Of a DNA stretch of 32,000 nt, positions 7,724 through 15,817 are shown piece by piece; position 1 is the first letter of the stretch, and the number at the start of each line of letters is the position of its first letter. The stretch covers positions 60,001 to 92,000 of the forward strand of contig OY969425.1 in the NCBI GenBank assembly GCA_963699255.1. Direction: 5' to 3'. Below the pieces are notes generated by a model. It was not told the DNA's origin. It searched no databases and saw nothing but the letters and a program-made list of their open reading frames with translations. This DNA comes from an uncultured bacterium. Lineage in GTDB: Bacteria; Margulisbacteria; WOR-1; CAVSGV01. The translations under genes were made by a program, and so were the position numbers.

Positions 7724-7912
7724 ATGGACAACACATTGGTAAAAGATGAAAAATACGGCGGCCGGTTCGTGGCTCTGAAGAGCTTTGACGACAAAACAAT
7801 ACTTGTTGACGGGAAAGATCCGAAAGAAACCCTTGAAAAAGCAGCTCAAAAAGGGTTTAAAAATCCTGTAATATTCTATGTGCCGATAAAAGATATGGTT
7901 CAGATCTACTGA
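7724..7912 (+). CDS. Small DUF5678-like protein (62 aa)
   Basis: EKYGGRFVALKSFDDKTILVDGKDPKETLEKAAQKGFKNPVIFYVP matches my recollection of the DUF5678 pattern (Y.GKWVA...G.VV..G....E..EKA...G..nP.i..VP). The SD is good. The next ATG is 3 nt after its stop. Confidence 0.6.
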   Translation: MDNTLVKDEKYGGRFVALKSFDDKTILVDGKDPKETLEKAAQKGFKNPVIFYVPIKDMVQIY

Positions 7913-7915
7913 CAG

Positions 7916-8320
7916 ATGGGACTTCAGAACAAACCTTTTATTCAGATCGGCTCGGGAAATACTCCAAAACCCTAGCTTCCTATCGTTATAATAAATCCTC
8001 ATACCAAGAAAAGCGTTTCCACTTATGGACTTGTTGACACGGGTGCGGATGAATGCGCCTTGCCCGCTAGTTTTGCCGAAATACTTGGCCATAACCTGCA
8101 ACAAGGAAGCCCCAAGGAAATATCCACGGGGAATGGCATTACGATCGCATATTCGCATACTGTTTCAATTGAAACGGATGGCTTTCATACGGAGGATGTG
8201 TTGATCGATTTTATGCCCAATTTAAGCATTCCATTGTTGGGCGTGAGAAGCTTTTTGAGTAAATTTATTCTAACGATTAACTATAAAGAGCGAACTTTTT
8301 CTCTGCAGCCAAACAACTGA
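7916..8320 (+). CDS. Retropepsin-like aspartic protease with its frame interrupted by an in-frame TAG at 7973-7975 (pseudogene or readthrough)
   Basis: Reading from ATG 7916 gives MGLQNKPFIQIGSGNTPKP*LPIVIINPHTKKSVSTYGLVDTGADECALPASFAEILGH... The catalytic D-T-G-A at 8036-8047 lies upstream of the ORF-track start at 8060. No ATG, GTG or TTG exists between the TAG and the DTG motif. Confidence 0.6.
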
Positions 8321-9398
8321 TAAACTCCGCTTTCAGCCGGGTTTCGGCCCATTCGCCCTCCGCAGTGGAATCCCAGATTATCCCGCCGCCTATTCCCATC
8401 TCGCAACTTTTACCTCGTACAAGTATAGTCCTGATGGGAACATTGAAATACATCCCGCCATCGGGAGATATGTACCCGATCGCCCCCGTGTAAACATTCC
8501 TTTCTTCCTTTTCGATCTCCCTGATGATCTCCATCGCGCGTATCTTCGGCGCGCCGGTGACCGACCCGGAAGGGAAAAGCGCGGACATCAGTCTTGAGAG
8601 CTTGATATCAGGCGGGACTTTAGCGGTGACCGTGGATGTCATCTGGAACAGAGTTTTATATGCCGTTACCTTGAACAGGTCCCGCCACGCGATATTTCTG
8701 CCTATCCTTCCCAGGTCATTCCGCAAAAGATCCGCTATCATTATGTTCTCAGCCCTGTTCTTTCCATCATGGAAGAACCTGCGCTTCTCGATAACATCGG
8801 ATATCGCATTTTTCCCCCTGCGCCACGTGCCTTTCATCGGCTCAGTTAGAATATGCCCGCAGTTTTTCTTTATAAAACGCTCCGGGGAAAGCGACAGGAC
8901 CTGGAATCCTCCCGCGTCGATGTAAGCGGGATAGGGGACAGGCTGGCGGCGTAAAAGCTCTTTGTACAGCGCGTACGGGTCGCCCTGAAGATCGAATTTA
9001 TATTTTACGCAGTATGTTATCTGATAAACATCGCCGTTCGATATGTGCCGGCGGATGAGTCCGATATTGCGGGAGTAATCTTCAAATGAAATATCCGGCC
9101 TTAGATCTTTGATGCCGAAGGTCCCGGGTTTCCTCGATGTTGACTCCTGGCCACAAGCATTTTTATAAACGCCGAAAATAAGAAGTGGGAGATCAGAAGG
9201 GATCGCTGTGTATAATTTTTCTTCAAGGCAATAGCCGGCTTCGTATGAAATGTATCCCGCCAGCCAGTATCCGGCGGCGGAAAGATCCTCCAGCTCCTTC
9301 AGCGCGGAATGAAAATGCTGCGGATCATAACAGGCCACGATCTTTTCCGGATCGCGGAAAAAAAGCGGTTTGTTCTCAAAACTGGCCTGGACTTCCAT
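8277..9398 (-). CDS. pabB: Aminodeoxychorismate synthase component I / chorismate-binding enzyme (PabB-like, short form)
   Basis: Chorismate-binding motifs PSGSVTGAPK and GAIGY are present, along with GIGGGI near the C-terminus. An AAGGAG SD is present. Length is 373 aa. An anthranilate synthase TrpE-type assignment cannot be excluded by eye. Confidence 0.75.
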   Translation of the reverse strand: MEVQASFENKPLFFRDPEKIVACYDPQHFHSALKELEDLSAAGYWLAGYISYEAGYCLEEKLYTAIPSDLPLLIFGVYKNACGQESTSRKPGTFGIKDLRPDISFEDYSRNIGLIRRHISNGDVYQITYCVKYKFDLQGDPYALYKELLRRQPVPYPAYIDAGGFQVLSLSPERFIKKNCGHILTEPMKGTWRRGKNAISDVIEKRRFFHDGKNRAENIMIADLLRNDLGRIGRNIAWRDLFKVTAYKTLFQMTSTVTAKVPPDIKLSRLMSALFPSGSVTGAPKIRAMEIIREIEKEERNVYTGAIGYISPDGGMYFNVPIRTILVRGKSCEMGIGGGIIWDSTAEGEWAETRLKAEFISCLAAEKKFALYS

Positions 9399-9404
9399 GG
9401 ACTT

Positions 9405-9441
9405 ACTCCTTTAAGCCTGGGTGTCCCGGTTAAAGAGGAGT
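9405..9441 (-). promoter_or_regulatory. SD-sequestering hairpin in the pabB leader
   Basis: The minus strand reads ACTCCT-ct-TTAA-ccgggacacccaggc-TTAA-AGGAGT, then aagtcc, then ATG. The 3' arm is the SD of pabB. Confidence 0.4.
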
Positions 9442-9462
9442 GAAGTTCATGGCCCGGACATG

Positions 9463-9471
9463 ATTATATCA
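9463..9471 (-). promoter_or_regulatory. Extended -10 (TGATATAAT) promoter element for pabB
   Basis: The minus strand reads GTGATATAATCATG about 60 nt upstream of the pabB ATG. The -35 is weak. Confidence 0.35.
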
Positions 9472-9540
9472 CTTATAATTCCGGATGTAATTTCTTACCT
9501 TGTGAGCAACTGCTCGAAGCCGCGAGCCTGAAGGAATGTA

Positions 9541-9864
9541 AAAGAAAGTGGAAAGGAAATACCTTTTATGTAAAACAATGCAAAATGAAAACTAAAGTTA
9601 TCGTGACGATGGGCTCTGCCCTTGCGTGGAAAGTATAGTGGTTCCATTAAGATATCTCTCTCATCCCGCCCATTTTCTTTCTGCAGCGAAAGAAAATGGG
9701 GGAAAAGAACGCCGACAGGGGACAAGCCCCCTGTACCCCCACGGCCTTGACTCGCCTTCTCGTCCTCACCAAGCTCGGCCTCGTACGGCTCAGACAGAAG
9801 GCCTAATAATGAAACCCCCTCTGTATCTCCCCCTTACAAAGGGGGAGAAGTTTCGAACGCAAGC
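9541..9864 (+). repeat. Repeated structured non-coding element, copy 2
   Basis: It is homologous to 7284-7550. It carries an extra 60 nt (9685-9744) that completes a perfect 13-bp hairpin at 9669-9700 and adds a 7-bp hairpin at 9715-9734. It lacks the 3' strand of P1 that copy 1 has. Confidence 0.75.
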
Positions 9865-9865
9865 A

Positions 9866-9944
9866 AAAGAAAGTAAGAAGGAAAGGTATTATGTTTTTTT
9901 GAGTTAGAAACATGGAGCGAACTTTTTCTCTACAGCCAAGCAAC
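9866..9944 (+). repeat. Third partial start motif of the element, plus a 30-nt relic of the retropepsin 3' end
   Basis: 9866-9900 (AAAGAAAGTAAGAAGGAAAGG...) resembles 7284-7320. 9915-9944 matches 8288-8317 at 28/30. Confidence 0.7.
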
Positions 9945-9988
9945 ACTAGCCCAATTCTAAGATTATGAAGGCTAGGTGGCCATGATGA

Positions 9989-10837
9989 TTACGAGCATAT
10001 ATAATTAATGATATGCTCCTCTAGGGTCCTTCCGATTTGATATGCGTCATTTCTTTCGATCACTTTTTTCAGAGCTTTTTCATCAAGGCATATTTCATCC
10101 ACGGCTTCAGACGCTGCCATAGCATCATTTTCCACAAGATATTTATAGAAGCTGAACGCCTTTTCAACGCCCAGTGACCGCACTACGGACCTGACGACCG
10201 CCTCGTCATCCTCCGGCAATTTGATCTGAAAAAGGTAGGGCTTGATGAAGAAGCCGGAAAGATCTTCAAGCCCCAGCTCTTTTACCGCTTTCATGATCAC
10301 AAGGTCTCCAAGCTTTACAAGCGATGCCGGGAGCGATGAGCCATATTTCCTGCTGTAATCCAATATGTTCGAGATCATCGGCGCGTCTTCTTTTATAAGC
10401 CATTCCATCCCTGTAAGCGCGTGCCTGAACGTTCTTCTGTCCGTGCCGGCCAGTGTGCCCAGGAAATCGATCGCTCCATCACTGTTATATCTGTAATAGG
10501 CGTGCCACATGCTCTTTGCGCGGTCCGCGCCGAACTCTTCAAATAAAGCGGCCGCTTTCTCCCTGTCCATGGAATGCAACAGCCGGCATTCTCTCGTGTC
10601 AAATGTATATCCTATCGTCAATTTGGGAAGCGTTTCGTTCAAGAATTTCTTTGCCTTATAATATCCGCGCGTTTCCAGGTCGCTTACGATAAAACTTTCT
10701 GTGCCGCAAAAAGGGAGCGACCTTTTTAATCCCCAGAACACCTTATCCGCTTTTCGCGCCCGCATCTTCACGAACCTGCGGACCCCCGCGGCTTTAAGAT
10801 TTGCCTTTATAATGGCGTTAAAAGATAACTCACTCAT
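9989..10837 (-). CDS. Hypothetical protein (282 aa)
   Basis: The ORF is long with an AAGGGGA SD. I recognise no motif. Confidence 0.6.
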   Translation of the reverse strand: MSELSFNAIIKANLKAAGVRRFVKMRARKADKVFWGLKRSLPFCGTESFIVSDLETRGYYKAKKFLNETLPKLTIGYTFDTRECRLLHSMDREKAAALFEEFGADRAKSMWHAYYRYNSDGAIDFLGTLAGTDRRTFRHALTGMEWLIKEDAPMISNILDYSRKYGSSLPASLVKLGDLVIMKAVKELGLEDLSGFFIKPYLFQIKLPEDDEAVVRSVVRSLGVEKAFSFYKYLVENDAMAASEAVDEICLDEKALKKVIERNDAYQIGRTLEEHIINYICS

Positions 10838-10970
10838 CGTTTTTCCCCTTATTCAATGCTTGATCGAGCCGTATATATCTCGTTAAATTCCCCGAAAAAT
10901 CCCAGTATTTTTATAAAATTCTCATGACCCGGAGGCTGGCGGCAGTGGATAAGGGAGCAGGCAAAAGCGG

Positions 10971-11627
10971 TCAGTTCTGCAGGACTATCGCGGATCCGTC
11001 ATGATCGCCGGTGGTCAGCGTTTCGCTTGTGATCATATTGTCCAGAAAGACCTTGCGGGTCATCTTGAGCTCCGTTTTGCTTGTTATCCGGGCGGCGAAT
11101 TCTTCGCGGGCCTTCACGAACGACACATAATCATGCCCGCGCCGGTCCAGCTTCTCCCTGCTGAATGCGCCGGTAAAATAGAACTTCCCTTCGCTCTTAT
11201 ACGGCCCGAAGATCCTCCCGTGGTCGTTCTTGAATTCGGGAGGCCTGTCGGAGAAAGCATAGCGGTTTTTCCTCGGGATCTGCGGGTACAGCGATGTCCC
11301 GATGTATCCCGAATAACCCGATGAATGCCCCCTTCGGGGCTTGAAACCGGCTTCCGCGCAGTACTTGGATATCCTGCCTATGGCTTCTTCAGAGGTCTTT
11401 GACCTGCTGTCTATGATCACCACGTTTATCGGCTCCTTTATTTCTTTTCCATGGAATTTCAGCCCCAGCCAGTTCGCGGGCTTGTTAGAAGGCGTTATCA
11501 TCCATTTGCCGATGACCGGAAGCCCTTTGGGATGCGCCAGGTCGGAAGATGCGGGCTGGTACGCTGCGCCTGCAGCGTAAAAAGCCAGCGCGGCCAGGAA
11601 AATGATCACGATCGATCTCTTTCGCAT
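10971..11627 (-). CDS. Secreted hypothetical protein, possibly an LssY C-terminal-like domain
   Basis: The N-terminal signal peptide is MRKRSIVIIFLAALAFYAAGA. The pattern PINVVIID...AEAGFKP...YAFSDRP...NDHGRIFGP resembles my recollection of LssY_C proteins. Confidence 0.55.
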   Translation of the reverse strand: MRKRSIVIIFLAALAFYAAGAAYQPASSDLAHPKGLPVIGKWMITPSNKPANWLGLKFHGKEIKEPINVVIIDSRSKTSEEAIGRISKYCAEAGFKPRRGHSSGYSGYIGTSLYPQIPRKNRYAFSDRPPEFKNDHGRIFGPYKSEGKFYFTGAFSREKLDRRGHDYVSFVKAREEFAARITSKTELKMTRKVFLDNMITSETLTTGDHDGSAIVLQN

Positions 11628-11780
11628 CTTAACCTCTGCCCTCCGATCCTTCCTGATACATCCCCATCAACACGAGGCACGACCAAATTTATTATAACAC
11701 TTTTTGGCCATGTGAACAGTTCACGGCCCAAGTTATCCGTACACAGAGTGAAATTTCCATGAAGATATGACGACAAATAT

Positions 11781-12290
11781 ATGAGCGAGGAGCTGATTAA
11801 TATGGGGATACCTATAACATATATAAGAATAAGGACCGGGACAGGCGAGATCGTAGGGGGGACCAAGAGGAACGTTATTGACAGGCATGCCTTTAGCGCC
11901 CTGACCCCGGATATTTTGCGAAACATTAAATGTCTCCCGGGTAATATTCAGGATAAGCTGAAAATAATAAATCCGCTGGTCCGGATGCCGAAAGCGCCGT
12001 TACAATTCGCGTTACGGAAGATCGATCTTGATACACCGGTGACCTGCAGCGATTTTACGAAAAAATATGCTCCTAAACGTTTTGAGGAAGCGATAGCTTT
12101 TTTTAAAGAGTGTCTAAAGACATCGGACGCAAAGATAGGAGCAGCTTTGGGTGTTGAGGCGGATCCTTACGGGAGGACATGGCCGGGAGCCCATCTACAG
12201 CTGAACTTTCACACGTGGATCAAAGGGTCAATGGACCTGTCTAAAGATGTGATACACATCGATCTGTACAATATGTATTCACTGGCGTGA
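11781..12290 (+). CDS. Hypothetical protein (169 aa)
   Basis: The ORF is divergent from the 10971-11627 gene. The SD is weak and no motif is recognised. Confidence 0.45.
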   Translation: MSEELINMGIPITYIRIRTGTGEIVGGTKRNVIDRHAFSALTPDILRNIKCLPGNIQDKLKIINPLVRMPKAPLQFALRKIDLDTPVTCSDFTKKYAPKRFEEAIAFFKECLKTSDAKIGAALGVEADPYGRTWPGAHLQLNFHTWIKGSMDLSKDVIHIDLYNMYSLA

Positions 12291-12395
12291 TAGATAACTT
12301 GACCCGCCCCCGCGACCCTAGCCACTATTGATTTCTTTTCTTCGGGATAGGTGTATAATAAAATACAGCGATCAGGGATCCGGAGGAGGATAATC

Positions 12396-13511
12396 ATGAA
12401 TAAGCATCTGTTGGCTGTTTCCGTCACTCTATTGTGCCTCGCGTCTCTCGCCTTAACATTTACTATTTCCGGCTGCGGTTCCAACGCCACGGGAGGCGGC
12501 GGCAGCGGCGGAGGAGCCAGTGTCACAGCTACAGGAGAGGTATATATCACCGATTTTTTGAATAAAAGGGTTCTTGTCCTCTTGTCCAGCGGCGAGTCAT
12601 TCATTCAAGTGGCCACAATAGAACTGACCGGCGCATCAACTCCAAAATGGATGGCCATGAACCCGAGCGGCACAAAGCTGTATGTCGCGGATGAAGGAGC
12701 CAATAAAGTATTTGTGATAAATACAATAGGGAATACTGTTGAAGCTTCAGTTCCTGTATGTAGCACACCGAGAGGCATGGCTTTTAATGCTGACGCGAGC
12801 AAGCTCTTTGTCGCAACACCCGGCGATTGGGATATAGACATCATAGATACATCAAATAATACAAAAAGTGGTCCTATTTCGGTTGGCTCTATCTTCTCAT
12901 CAGATTTTTCCGATATAGCTTATGGCGGCGGTTATGATCAACTCTACGTTGCGGAAACAGGCCTGAATTCTGTTGAAGTTGTGGATACCCCCGGAGGTGC
13001 CGCCGTGATAGCCGGCTATATTCCCGTTCCTGCGCCGTATGAGATAATTAGTCACGATACCAGTACAGTCTACGGGATTGCGTATACGACATCACATGAT
13101 TCGGCCGCTCCATATCTAAGCGAAGTATATACGACCACTAAAAAGATCGTGCACACATGGGAATCTTCGGCGTCCTCAGCAACCCCCACTGCTTATCACG
13201 GGTTCCGCAGCCTGGTCTTTTCACCGGATAACAAGAAACTCTACGCGGCTGACCATGATTTCAGCTATATTGACAGTATGGGTATAACAACTTTCGAAAC
13301 TATGAAACCGATAAATTATATTTCCGGAGCGGCTGGTTCGGTCCCAGCTCCCGAACAGATCGCCGTATATCCGGACGGGAAGTACCTGGCAGTATTGAAC
13401 AGTTACGACACGAAAGAAGTCGTTTTACTGGATACCGTCCATAAAAAGAGGGTTGGGTCTTATGCGCTTCCATATACCGCTTCTTATTTCGGGATAGTGT
13501 ATAAGCCATAA
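12396..13511 (+). CDS. YVTN-type beta-propeller repeat lipoprotein
   Basis: I prefer ATG 12396 because GGAGGAGGA lies 6 nt upstream. The lipobox LTFTISGC is followed by a G/S linker. Repeated motifs such as P..MA.NP.G.KLYVA......V.VI are present. Confidence 0.7.
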   Translation: MNKHLLAVSVTLLCLASLALTFTISGCGSNATGGGGSGGGASVTATGEVYITDFLNKRVLVLLSSGESFIQVATIELTGASTPKWMAMNPSGTKLYVADEGANKVFVINTIGNTVEASVPVCSTPRGMAFNADASKLFVATPGDWDIDIIDTSNNTKSGPISVGSIFSSDFSDIAYGGGYDQLYVAETGLNSVEVVDTPGGAAVIAGYIPVPAPYEIISHDTSTVYGIAYTTSHDSAAPYLSEVYTTTKKIVHTWESSASSATPTAYHGFRSLVFSPDNKKLYAADHDFSYIDSMGITTFETMKPINYISGAAGSVPAPEQIAVYPDGKYLAVLNSYDTKEVVLLDTVHKKRVGSYALPYTASYFGIVYKP

Positions 13512-13525
13512 CAGAACGGGATAAG

Positions 13526-14254
13526 ATGGTTGATGTCTCCGTAGTTATACCTGTCCGCAATGAAGCGGGGACACTGAATGGCCTTCACTCCAGACTCAAA
13601 AAAGAGCTGGAAGCCCTCCGGAAAACATACGAGATCATCTATGTGAATGATTGCTCCGCTGACGATTCTGCGAATATACTCCATGCCATTCAGATGAAAA
13701 ACGAACATGTGAAGGTTGTCAATTTCGACAGGCATTACGGTCAGGCAAATGCCCTGCAGGCGGGATTCGATATCGCGCAGGGAAATATCATAGTTACTCT
13801 TGATGCTGATATGGAGAACGACCCCCTCGACATCGAACAGCTCGTCAACAGATTGAACGACGGCTATGACGCGGTGTGCGGAAGGCGCGTCGGGCGGCCC
13901 GTAAATTTAAAACTTCTTCTTTCCTGCTTGGGCAACTTTGTGTTCCGGCTCTTCTTTAGGACGCCCGTAAGCGACCTGGCATGCACCTTAAGGGCATACA
14001 AAAAGGAAGCAATAAAAGGCCTTGTCATAACCGGGACCCTCCACAGATATCTGCCCGCGCTTCTTTATATGAGAGGAGCGAAAGTGGCCCAGATAGAAGT
14101 GAGATACAAGATGAGAAGATACGGGAAAACAAAGTATAATGATTTTTCAAGGGCTATAAGCACCCTGAAAGACCTTTTTTGGATGATATTCGACCGGAAC
14201 AGGATATTGAACAATAAGATAAGAGGATATAAGATCCGGGAAATATGGCAGTGA
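13526..14254 (+). CDS. Family 2 glycosyltransferase (polyprenol-phosphate sugar transferase-like)
   Basis: VSVVIPVRNE...IIYVNDCSAD and the TLDADMEND (DxD) motifs are present, with a C-terminal amphipathic or TM region. Confidence 0.8.
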   Translation: MVDVSVVIPVRNEAGTLNGLHSRLKKELEALRKTYEIIYVNDCSADDSANILHAIQMKNEHVKVVNFDRHYGQANALQAGFDIAQGNIIVTLDADMENDPLDIEQLVNRLNDGYDAVCGRRVGRPVNLKLLLSCLGNFVFRLFFRTPVSDLACTLRAYKKEAIKGLVITGTLHRYLPALLYMRGAKVAQIEVRYKMRRYGKTKYNDFSRAISTLKDLFWMIFDRNRILNNKIRGYKIREIWQ

Positions 14255-15696
14255 ATTTCTTAAAACGGTTAAAACAAAACAAAGAGCTCCAGATGATCCT
14301 CTCGATCATATTTGTCGGCGCTTTATTGAGGCTGCTGTCGCTTACTCGCGAAGGCCTATGGTACGACGAAGCGCTTACCGCCCTTTCCATGAAAATGCCG
14401 TTCGCCGAGATGCTGAAGGACAGGTTCGCGGCCGGCCATTCGCCCCTTTATTTCACGGGCCTGTATGTATGGAGCCGGTTCTTCGGCGCAAGCGAATTTT
14501 CCCTGCGATTCCCCTCGGCTGCCGCCTCGATAGTTTCGATATATTACTTCTGGCTGCTCGCAAGGAAGCTGTTCACCAATTACAAGGCCGCGGTATTGAG
14601 TACGGTTTTCTTCACTCTCAGCGCGCTGAACATATATTTCGCGCAGGAAGCGCGCATGTACAGCATGTCCGTGCTTTTCACCATAATGTCTTTCTATTAT
14701 TTCCTGGAGGCCCGGGACGGTCCGGGGATAAAGGGCTGGATCTATTATATCGCGTCCACCGCCGTTCTTTTGTATCTCAGCGCGTCCAATATCCTTATCA
14801 TCTTCGCGCAGATAGCTTATGTCCTGATAAAGAGGAAAAAAACCGCGGAATATTTCCTGTCGCTTGCCGTGACATGCGCCGCGTACCTGCCGATGGCGTT
14901 CTTTTATTTCAGCATGAAGAAGCTGGGTTTCATAGAATGGATCCCGCCTGTAACGATCAACACATTCCTCGAGTTGTTCTACGGATGGGGGTTCAAGCCT
15001 GTTCCGGTCGCGGGAGCCGGGGGATTATACCTGGCTTACCTTTATTTTGCGGAGCTTTTGAGCGTGTTCATGGTCGGGCCGATCATCGTTTTTGGCGCCG
15101 CGGTGTCGGCGTATGTGTCGTTCAGGAAGAAAAGGCTCGAGAGAGACGCTGACACGGCGATATTCCTTATTTTATGGCTTGTTCTCCCGATCCTTCTCGC
15201 GCTCCTTTATTCATGGCTGAAGCAGCCCGTCTTCGGTCCGAAGAGGTACCTGATAATGCTCTCGCCCGCGTATTACCTGCTTATCGCGCTCGGGCTTTCC
15301 AGGATAACATGGCGCAGGCTCAAGTACGGCCTGGCTTATCTTATTATCGCCATGTTCATTTTCACTCTCGGGATATTCTATGTCACGCCTACAAGGGAAG
15401 ACTGGAGAGGGGCGGTTTCTTCCATTGACCGCGAATTCACGCGGGGAGAGATCATATTCGGCGACCTCGCGACGGGCGTCATGTATCAGTATTACGGCAG
15501 GCATGCGGACGCCATCATCTGCGATGTCAGGTATATCAATGCGGGAATAGCGGGCAGAGGCTGGCTGCTCATGAGGACGAGGGATTTCGGGGCGATATTC
15601 GGCAGCGGCGATCTCATAACGCGGCATTTCAAAAATAAGGCATATCCGGGACATTTTGGCCTTGAACTGTACCACATAACCGGGAAGGCGCGCTAA
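14245..15696 (+). CDS. GT39/ArnT-like (PMT_2) membrane glycosyltransferase
   Basis: The 483-aa polytopic protein has the N-terminal loop motif GLWYDEALTA, typical of the GT-C/ArnT-like family. It overlaps the GT2 gene by 10 nt. Confidence 0.7.
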   Translation: MAVNFLKRLKQNKELQMILSIIFVGALLRLLSLTREGLWYDEALTALSMKMPFAEMLKDRFAAGHSPLYFTGLYVWSRFFGASEFSLRFPSAAASIVSIYYFWLLARKLFTNYKAAVLSTVFFTLSALNIYFAQEARMYSMSVLFTIMSFYYFLEARDGPGIKGWIYYIASTAVLLYLSASNILIIFAQIAYVLIKRKKTAEYFLSLAVTCAAYLPMAFFYFSMKKLGFIEWIPPVTINTFLELFYGWGFKPVPVAGAGGLYLAYLYFAELLSVFMVGPIIVFGAAVSAYVSFRKKRLERDADTAIFLILWLVLPILLALLYSWLKQPVFGPKRYLIMLSPAYYLLIALGLSRITWRRLKYGLAYLIIAMFIFTLGIFYVTPTREDWRGAVSSIDREFTRGEIIFGDLATGVMYQYYGRHADAIICDVRYINAGIAGRGWLLMRTRDFGAIFGSGDLITRHFKNKAYPGHFGLELYHITGKAR

Positions 15697-15817
15697 AGAG
15701 CGATCTGCCTTATTGACGGGGATTCCTTTGTCCTGCTTTTCCGCCTTAGGCGTATATGCCTCACTCCCAAAAACTGTTTGACTTACGACCTGTTTTTTTG
15801 ATACACTTACTGAATAA

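Noticed and set aside
7973-7975. The in-frame TAG in the retropepsin-like gene as evidence of a genome-wide reassigned stop codon.
   Set aside because: TAG clearly terminates other well-supported genes in the same window: the methyltransferase at 6503-6505, fliE at 30202-30204 and fliF at 31671-31673. TGA and TAA also act as stops. There is no sign of an alternative genetic code.
7284-9864. The two element copies as a diversity-generating-retroelement TR/VR pair.
   Set aside because: Mismatches are a mix of G/T, C/G, C/T and A/G rather than adenine-specific. Neither copy lies in the 3' end of a target ORF. No reverse transcriptase is nearby.
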